Positions 59,601 to 64,000 of a stretch of DNA of 64,000 nt are shown piece after piece; positions within the stretch are counted from its first letter, which is position 1, and every line of letters begins with the position of its first letter. The notes below the pieces were generated by a model. It was given only the letters and a program-made list of their open reading frames with translations, ran no database searches and was not told the origin of the DNA. The DNA is taken from contig NC_042998.1 in assembly GCF_006345805.1 (NCBI RefSeq), positions 139,748,001 through 139,812,000 on the forward strand. The letters are read 5' to 3'. The stretch comes from Octopus sinensis (taxonomy: Eukaryota). Position numbers and translations under genes: made by a program.

Positions 59601-61058
59601 ACACAATAACCCTACAACAGACTGGCATCCCATTCAGAGAGAATGTTGTGAAATCAGGTAACCAGTTCTATGAGTCTGAGGCCCCAAGCCAATAATGTCC
59701 AGGAATTACCTTAATTATCATGTTTATTTATTTGATTTTACCATTATCATCTAACCTTTATAATTCTGTTGATTTGTTCTTGGCTTAAATATTTACTTCA
59801 TTGAATTTAAAAAGAAAAGGCTGTGTGCTATTTCCTCTGCTTGTAAACTTTATTTTAAAAATTTTATTTGATATATTTATTATTTTTTGTAATTTCAATT
59901 TTCCTTGATTTCCAGCCGTTTTTGCTCTTTTATTAATCCTTTCCCTTGCAAAAAAAATCTCAACATTCTTTTGTTCTTGTCAGTAGTGCCCTGTCTTGCT
60001 GTATAATCTTTTAGTCTTCTCGTTAATTTCTCATCCATACATACGAAGTATTGAAGGCTGATTGCAAGATACTGAGCCTTACAAAGGAGATGACTAAGGA
60101 CCAAGGTATCTGGCATACTGCTGTACTCACGAAGATCTGTCTGCCACATTAAAAGCACTGGTGCTGGTACAACATAAAAAGTACTTAGTACACTCTGTGG
60201 ACTTGTTGGCATTAGGAAGGGCATGCCAGAACAAATAGAGCCTAGTGTAGCTCCTGGCCTTACCAGCTTTGGTTAATCCATTCAACCCTTCCCAGCATGG
60301 AAAACAGGCATTTAATGATGACGATGGTGGTGGCGGCAGTGATGGCAACAACAACACACTTTTTAAACTGGTTGAAATTAAGAAGGAAATCCAACTGTAG
60401 AGAGCATGCTAAAGCAGACACTGGCATACAAACCAATCAACTCATGCCAGCATATAAGATGGATATTAAAAGATGATGATGATCATCATCATTTTTGTAT
60501 TGTATTTATTTCTTTTTACAATGTTCTCCCTCTTCCAATAAACTTGTATTAATCTTGTGAAGAGCCATAGCTTAATGGTTAATGTGCAATCCTTCACAAT
60601 CCTTAGGTCATGGGTTTGGTTCTTGGACCAGATGGCATGTTGTGCCCTTGGGCAAGGCACATTGCTTCAGCACACTTAGCAATATCACCTTCAGGTTAAC
60701 CCTGCGACAGACTGGCATTTTGTTCAGGGCTGACTCTTGTACTTCTCTGCCTTAACACCTAGAAAATCTGAATAAATTTCAGCCTCATGAGTCTGTGGAT
60801 TCAAGGCTTTCATTAAACTTCTGATCCCATCCTCTCACTCAGGATGTATGTCCTCTCACCTATACTCTCACCTGTTTACTGTTTTTTTTTTACTTCTCTC
60901 TTGCTCCCTCTCACACCACTGTGTATCTCAGAAAGATCTTTACACATTAGGTTTTGATTTCTTTCTTCAGGTTTTCTGTTATGTCTCTTGACAAGAATGG
61001 TATGGTGACATATAGCAAGTCAACTCCTATACACCGTTTGCGTTTTGTACCAGATGAG
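21601..61058 (+). CDS. GMCL1: Germ cell-less protein-like (BTB/POZ-BACK, Cul3 adaptor); 14 coding exons seen, 433 codons, 3' end outside window or not found
   Basis: join(21601-21710,33484-33607,36581-36677,38422-38519,40703-40749,42642-42773,44488-44572,47942-48029,50376-50513,50647-50716,52621-52696,53383-53444,59276-59359,60971-61058). All junctions are GT-AG with matching phases and no stops. Motifs recognisable from GCL/GMCL1: KST.K.IY.TLF.NG..SDI.I.ALG.EW.LHK, YF..MF.GSWKES, QVE.D.YT..KKW, MRCGR.L, YCWRWTG, FKRNT..QP..GSVSLQP. Confidence 0.93.
23596..23930 (+). mobile_element. tRNA-derived SINE, near full length (CORE-like CCTTGGGCAAGT segment)
   Basis: A-box-like TGGCCGTGTGGT, B-box-like GGTTCAGTCCC, then CACCTTGGGCAAGTG. 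Many dispersed copies occur in both orientations (e.g. 28775-29065 -, 30668-30988 +, 32703-33070 -, 48110-48517 -, 56360-56715 -, 56968-57373 +). Confidence 0.8.
25102..25318. mobile_element. piggyBac-type MITE (217 bp)
   Basis: TTAA|CCCTTTA...TAAAGGG|TTAA; further copies at ~24404-24600, ~27100-27278, ~27331-27518, 37242-37458, ~48910-49110 and ~50965-51528 (interrupted). Confidence 0.8.
25445..25720 (+). mobile_element. Decayed RLE-type (R4/Dong-like) LINE 3' fragment
   Basis: LMREMKRLWKAEVTIILMIINALGTI...QESAIMYSVGILRKIL resembles the KY.DL..E..RLW..V.P.V.GALG..LQK.A....ILRKVL end of RLE ORFs; followed by TAA-rich sequence. Confidence 0.6.
25971..26591. mobile_element. Foldback/long-TIR non-autonomous DNA transposon with 8-bp TSD and telomere-like core
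   Basis: ~280-bp near-perfect inverted arms starting GGATCTTTAC / ending GTAAAGATCC; TSD AATAATTC (25963-25970, 26592-26599); centre GGTTTTAGGGTTAGGGTGTTAGGGTTTTAAGGTTAGAG. Confidence 0.9.
27897..28492 (+). mobile_element. CR1-clade LINE, 5'-truncated 3' end
   Basis: ORF 27900-28340: VRPHLKFASPIWNPYLAQDINHLEAIQRCATK..YSERLTSLG..LRR..DL..TRGH..FF..RVAEAWNKLP; 3' UTR ends in (ATT)n. Confidence 0.9.
29600..29960 (+). mobile_element. Decayed Penelope-like GIY-YIG fragment
   Basis: ITKSFTCTSSNVIYCISCSFCSSLYIRQTGCCLADWFEEH; homologous to the 9914-10381 domain, frameshifted. Confidence 0.8.
30265..30650 (-). mobile_element. Non-autonomous Helitron-like element (abuts a second Helitron 5' end at ~30040-30264)
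   Basis: Minus strand starts A|TCAATATCTATAAAG and ends with an imperfect hairpin (ACCTG..CGGGT) then CTAG. The adjacent piece starts TCTTATATATAAA on the minus strand, with a GACA-like repeat. Confidence 0.55.
31806..32152. mobile_element. hAT-type MITE
   Basis: Starts CAGTGGTTCTCAAC, ends with degenerate GGTTGAGATTCCCA; repeated GGG(A)TCCA subterminal motifs. Confidence 0.55.
33484..33607 (+). CDS. GMCL1: GMCL1 exon 2
   Basis: Polypyrimidine-CAG acceptor; RRLKSTTKHIYDTLFVNGQGSDITIKALGQEWRLHKMYISQ; GTAAGT donor. Confidence 0.95.
35359..36230 (-). mobile_element. Internally deleted, decayed mariner
   Basis: TIRs CAAGGTGGTATCAAAAGGTTCCCAGACTAGT / ACTAGTCCAAGAACTTTTTGATCTCACCTTG with TA flanks; the minus strand encodes FQAGFQKWQECWDRCIAVQGDHFEGD (mariner C-terminus). 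Confidence 0.8.
36581..36677 (+). CDS. GMCL1: GMCL1 exon 3
   Basis: SAYFACMFNGSWKESDESVINIDIVDPNIDVD; CAG / GTAAGT. Confidence 0.95.
37242..37458. mobile_element. piggyBac-type MITE (217 bp), opposite orientation to 25102-25318
   Basis: TTAA|CCCTTTAG...CTAAAGGG|TTAA. Confidence 0.8.
37829..37985 (-). mobile_element. Penelope-type pseudo-LTR fragment with minimal hammerhead-like motif
   Basis: Minus strand TGTCCCTTT-CTGTAGA-AGAGTGTAGGCTC-GAAACGTA-AAAGAC (37918-37960); embedded in (TA)n; second copy at 43176-43326 (+). Confidence 0.65.
38422..38519 (+). CDS. GMCL1: GMCL1 exon 4
   Basis: ALNITLGSFYNDNVLIRPTQVVSILAAARLLQL; CAG / GTAAGA. Confidence 0.95.
38778..39643. mobile_element. Foldback element related to 25971-26591, with longer degenerate (TAACCC)n core
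   Basis: Inverted arms AGATCAAGAAATTAATTTTTTG..GTCACTGTTATTTA (38778-~39032) and complement (~39395-39643); ~140 bp of degenerate TAACCC/TAAAACCC at ~39227-39372. Confidence 0.85.
40703..40749 (+). CDS. GMCL1: GMCL1 exon 5 (47 bp)
   Basis: EDLIQQCESIMKDSI; CAG / GTAAGT. Confidence 0.9.
41070..41298. mobile_element. Palindromic Penelope-like element with hammerhead core on minus strand
   Basis: Arms 41070-~41145 / ~41222-41298 inverted; minus strand 41187-41135 reads CCT-CTGACGA-G..T-GAAACAGCTGTA-AGG. Confidence 0.65.
42642..42773 (+). CDS. GMCL1: GMCL1 exon 6
   Basis: ATTVCKYYMGATMYGALDVESQCLQWLQRNLLSLREIDLLKDI; TAG / GTAAGT. Confidence 0.92.
42895..43660 (-). mobile_element. Two L2/Daphne-like LINE 3' fragments (42895-43020; ~43400-43660) separated by a Penelope pseudo-LTR piece
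   Basis: Minus translations FWNLLPAYIFSAVVDLFKCNIN and SLWNLLPAHVF..NLQQIKQNIN resemble the LWNSLP..F...NL..FK..IN LINE C-terminus. Confidence 0.55.
43176..43326 (+). mobile_element. Penelope-type pseudo-LTR fragment with minimal hammerhead-like motif (sense to GMCL1)
   Basis: TGTCCCTTT-CTGTAGA-AGAGCGTAGGCTC-GAAATGTA-AAAGAC at 43201-43243; reverse-complement homologue of 37829-37985. Confidence 0.65.
44488..44572 (+). CDS. GMCL1: GMCL1 exon 7
   Basis: CELMEKIVGSPNLCVLQVELDVYTLVKK; CAG / GTGAGT. Confidence 0.95.
44824..45205 (-). mobile_element. Non-autonomous Helitron-like element
   Basis: Perfect subterminal hairpin CCGTCCA-A-TGGACGG (~44838-44852) near one end; CAGATAGACAAACAG..TTTTATATA at the other; inserted in (TA)n. 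Confidence 0.5.
45815..46060 (+). mobile_element. RTE-clade LINE 3' fragment
   Basis: GIRWCVQERQLCWYDHVMHMDKDSCVK then GRPRKTWDEVVKHDL (shifted frame) matches the RL.W.GHV.RM..GRP..TW RTE C-terminus. Confidence 0.8.
47077..47224. repeat. (CTCA)n/(CT)n compound microsatellite
   Basis: Directly visible. Confidence 0.95.
47942..48029 (+). CDS. GMCL1: GMCL1 exon 8
   Basis: WLYLQLFPDFEGDMTSLSEQMGYFKGLAE; CAG / GTTAGA. Confidence 0.88.
50376..50513 (+). CDS. GMCL1: GMCL1 exon 9
   Basis: KENHYFLMTKEGRKYISVFRQVRFHHIINDMQSVKTLYADHIVSP; CAG / GTGAGT. Confidence 0.92.
50647..50716 (+). CDS. GMCL1: GMCL1 exon 10
   Basis: EWLQPYFTYQWNKMLAVDQGLDKG; CAG / GTAAGA. Confidence 0.92.
52621..52696 (+). CDS. 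GMCL1: GMCL1 exon 11
   Basis: PQQLSEEEFNKTAMRCGRILQKNGK; TAG / GTATGT. Confidence 0.93.
53383..53444 (+). CDS. GMCL1: GMCL1 exon 12
   Basis: YCWRWTGYSYGFDLLIILTK; CAG / GTACCA. Confidence 0.93.
53586..53641. repeat. (TA)n microsatellite (others at ~9365-9428, 13488-13555, 13709-13757, 37790-37829)
   Basis: Directly visible. Confidence 0.95.
54631..54937. mobile_element. hAT-type MITE
   Basis: CTGTGGTTCCGAAA...TTTGGGAACCACTG; TSD TTTTAAAG/TTTTAAAA (7/8); a same-family copy lies at 58314-58597. Confidence 0.75.
58314..58597. mobile_element. hAT-type MITE, same family as 54631-54937
   Basis: CAGCAGTTCCCAAA...TTTAGGAACCACTG; shares the internal AACTGCAT.TCACAAATAAAACTTAACCTAA; TSD CTCGACAC/CTCTATAC (6/8). 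Confidence 0.7.
59276..59359 (+). CDS. GMCL1: GMCL1 exon 13
   Basis: GFVFKRNTQSQPYNGSVSLQPTRRIFY; CAG / GTAATA. Confidence 0.93.
60971..61058 (+). CDS. GMCL1: GMCL1 exon 14
   Basis: FSVMSLDKNGMVTYSKSTPIHRLRFVPDE; CAG / GTAAGC; open donor, so at least one more exon is expected. Confidence 0.88.
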
Positions 61059-62302
61059 GTAAGCCTTAATCCATTATTTTATTTCAAATTTCCATATTTA
61101 ACTCAAGCGATAACCAGCAGAGTTCTTAGAGTGTTGGATTGAATGCACTGCAGTATTTGTTCCAACTTTGTGCCTTAATTTCAAATTCTACTAAGATTGT
61201 CTTTGCCTTTCATTATTTCATCATCAATGTGAAGATTATTTTAATATCCATTTTTCCATGCTTGCAGCAATCAGTCATAATTAATTGAGATAGATTTTTC
61301 AATGGCAAGAGGCCATAGAAAATCCCTTTTCTTTGGCTCTTCTTGTTGCCAACTTTCTGTTACCCTTTTTCAGTTTCTGATCCACTCACAAAGCTTTTGT
61401 TGGTTTGGGGCTATAAAAGAAGACACTTGTCCAAGGTGCCAACAGGGATACTGAACCTTTTTATTAACCCCGAAAAGTACCAATCCAGAACAATGTATTA
61501 AAAGAACTGTTAGAGTATCAGACGAGATGCCTTGCAATGTATTCTGATCCTTTGCATTTTGATAGCAATATCTGGGAGATAACTGGTCCCAAACTGTGTC
61601 AGCCCTAAAGTTGCAGCCTTTCCTTTGGATAAACATGCGTGACATGGAAAGGGGAGATTCTATACTTGAGCAACTGCCTGTCTTTCAAAAAAAAAAGGGC
61701 TTACCAAGGCCTGTACATAAAGATGCAAATAAATGGTCAGCCCTGACCACTGGAGAACTCTCCACCACCACCACCACCACCACATTTAATGCAGATTAAT
61801 GCATCTGAGATTAAACTTTAATACACCTTATATATGAGTGTGTGTATGTATATATACATACACACACACACACACTCACTTGATCTCTCTCTCTCTCTCT
61901 CTGTCTATCTATCTATCTATTTATCTAGTGATACTTTTTCATAAAATCAATTAAATATTTAATAGCCATGAGATTAACGCACTAGGCTATTGATCACAAG
62001 GTCCCAAGCTCAAATCTGTTAATAACTATTGTTAGGTGCTTTCAAGCAAGGAACATAACTCTGATTACTCTTGTTTACCTGAATTAGAGAGGTGAAACTG
62101 TTTTTTTCCAACTTCTTCCCAGTTTGTAATAATAAAGTAATCCAAATCATTGCTGTGACAGCAATCATTCCAATTATGCTGGCATGTAAAATGGATGTAA
62201 AATAGTTTAGTTTGAAACTGATAAAATCATTTATAGCTATTTCTAACTTATTGGGTGGGCATGAACTGAACTGCCACTCACTAGTCAACACACAGCTCAT
62301 AA

Positions 62303-62492
62303 CCCTTTCTGGGGTAGGGGGTTAGTCGATTACATCAACCCCAATGCTCAACTGGTACTTATTTTATCAACCCTGAAAGGATGAAAGGTAAAGTTGGCAT
62401 CAGTGGAATTTGAATTCAGAACATAGAGATGGACAAAATGCAGCTAAGCATTTTATCCAGAATTGGTAACAATTCTTCAAGCTTGCTGCCTT
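62303..62492 (-). mobile_element. SINE (AAGGCGGCGAGC family) with 14-bp TSD
   Basis: CACACAGCTCATAA is duplicated at 62289-62302 and 62493-62506. Confidence 0.8.
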
Positions 62493-64000
62493 CACACAGC
62501 TCATAATCATAACCCAGATTATGATCTCTTGGCAAGGTGAATCAAATTAATCACTGATATAAAACAGATAAAATTGTAAAGAAATTTATCAGCTGGAGAT
62601 TTTGGGCATATAAAACAATCTTTAGCTGTTGATTTTACATCTTTAGCATTGCCATCTTGGACATCTTTAGTGGATCCCACTCTATTGCAAGCATTTAGGT
62701 CAGGTATCCCTTCATGTACCTTCCTTCTTTCCCATTTCAAAGATCCTGCAAAGGGTCACAGGCATTGCTTCTCTCTTAAAGAAAAGATAAAATAATAAAT
62801 ATTTTAATGTTTTTCTCTCTGATTTATTACATAAAAGAGGGGAATTATCACATTAACTTTTATTTTATTCGACAGAATAGAACAAATAACCACTTAGAAC
62901 GTAATCATTAAAATGTAACTCTGTCAGCAACTTGGCCTGTCAGGGATGACTAATCACTTTACCACACATCCAATAGGCAGAAAAGGATTCAGCTTGCACC
63001 AGAATAGAATGCATTAATATCTGTATATTTCTTAATAAATTGACTATATCTTTAATCATTATAGATGAAGATGAAGAAGTTTGATTTCCTGAGTCATGGC
63101 TTTGATAAGCTTAGCACCATGATTAGGATTGTAAGAGAAACAATAATTTTTAGTGTAAAGTTCCATAACTCCTGTTAGGTTACCACTTAATCATTTTGTC
63201 TTCTTGTATGAAACTAAGCCATCATTTTTTTTTTTTTTGCAAATGTAACCCACCCACACCCATTCCAATTTCTCTCACCATCACTATTTACAGTCAACTC
63301 TTTTCCATCTCTAAATTTCTCCCCTCACACTATGAAACATCCCCTCTGTACTATTTATATTCCCCCCACTGTTCCTTGTAAGTATGTCTCAATGTATCTC
63401 CAATACCATCCATTTCTCTATCTCACCTTCCTCCCCTTTCATTTCCTACTGAGGTAGTAAGGCACCTGTCTCTATCCCTCTATCATATTTTAACCTCTCT
63501 TTTGTCGCAAAAGCCACCTCCCTCAGTTCCACTCCCTCTCTCAGCCAAGAGATCTTTGCCTTGAAAGTTATTTGGTAACCCCCACTGGTGCTGGTACCAC
63601 GTAAAAAGCATTAGTGCTCATGCTACAAAAAAGCACCCAATACACTCTGTAAAGTGGATGGTGTTAGGAAGAGCATCCAGCTATAGAAACCATTCCAAAG
63701 CAGACAATGGAGCCTGGTGCAGCTCTCTGACTTACCAGCTCCTGTCAAACCATCCAACCCATACTAGCAAGGAAGACACATACTATGAGGGTGATGATTA
63801 TGATGATGATCAATTTGATCTGGAGGAAGTGGGGACAATGCCTTTGACCTTCGCAAACCTCCTAAGATCAGTGAGATTGACACTGTTATTGTTAAAGTTC
63901 CATTTAAACTCTTGCAATTTGGCAGCTACAGATAAACAATGTGCTGGAGGGGAATTTTAGAGCCAGCATTATGAAGAGGAAGATCTAGGTGAAAGGACAG

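Noticed and set aside
63061-63180. Candidate terminal GMCL1 exon (AG|ATGAAGATGAAGAAG...)
   Set aside because: Weak acceptor, and the translation shows no resemblance to the GCL C-terminus; the last exon probably lies beyond the window.

Overview
Repeat-rich, AT-rich eukaryotic DNA. The SINE families, microsatellite load and gene structure suggest a coleoid cephalopod (octopus-like); this is inference. There are two host genes in divergent orientation. One is an intact, intron-free WDR18/IPI3-like WD40 gene (2066-3415, -). The other is a multi-exon germ cell-less (GMCL1-like, BTB/BACK) gene on +, for which 14 phase-consistent GT-AG coding exons (21601-61058, 433 codons) were reconstructed by hand; its last exon(s) probably lie beyond the window. 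The intergenic region and introns hold three decayed mariners, a near-intact hAT transposon with a perfect 8-bp TSD, Penelope-like (GIY-YIG) elements, CR1/L2/RTE/RLE-type LINE fragments, piggyBac-, hAT- and Tc1-type MITEs, Helitron-like pieces and many tRNA-derived SINEs. The most notable observations are: (i) a complete type I hammerhead ribozyme fold at 5458-5559 (-), plus a series of related hammerhead-like cores in palindromic elements inserted in (TA)n; (ii) foldback elements with an 8-bp TSD and telomere-like (TTAGGG) centres; (iii) a CpG-retaining island in GMCL1 intron 12 carrying the same GAGTTATyTCCCTT-like motif seen at both gene starts; (iv) an inverted local duplication bracketing GMCL1 exon 5. 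No CRISPR array, rRNA or bona fide tRNA gene was seen.
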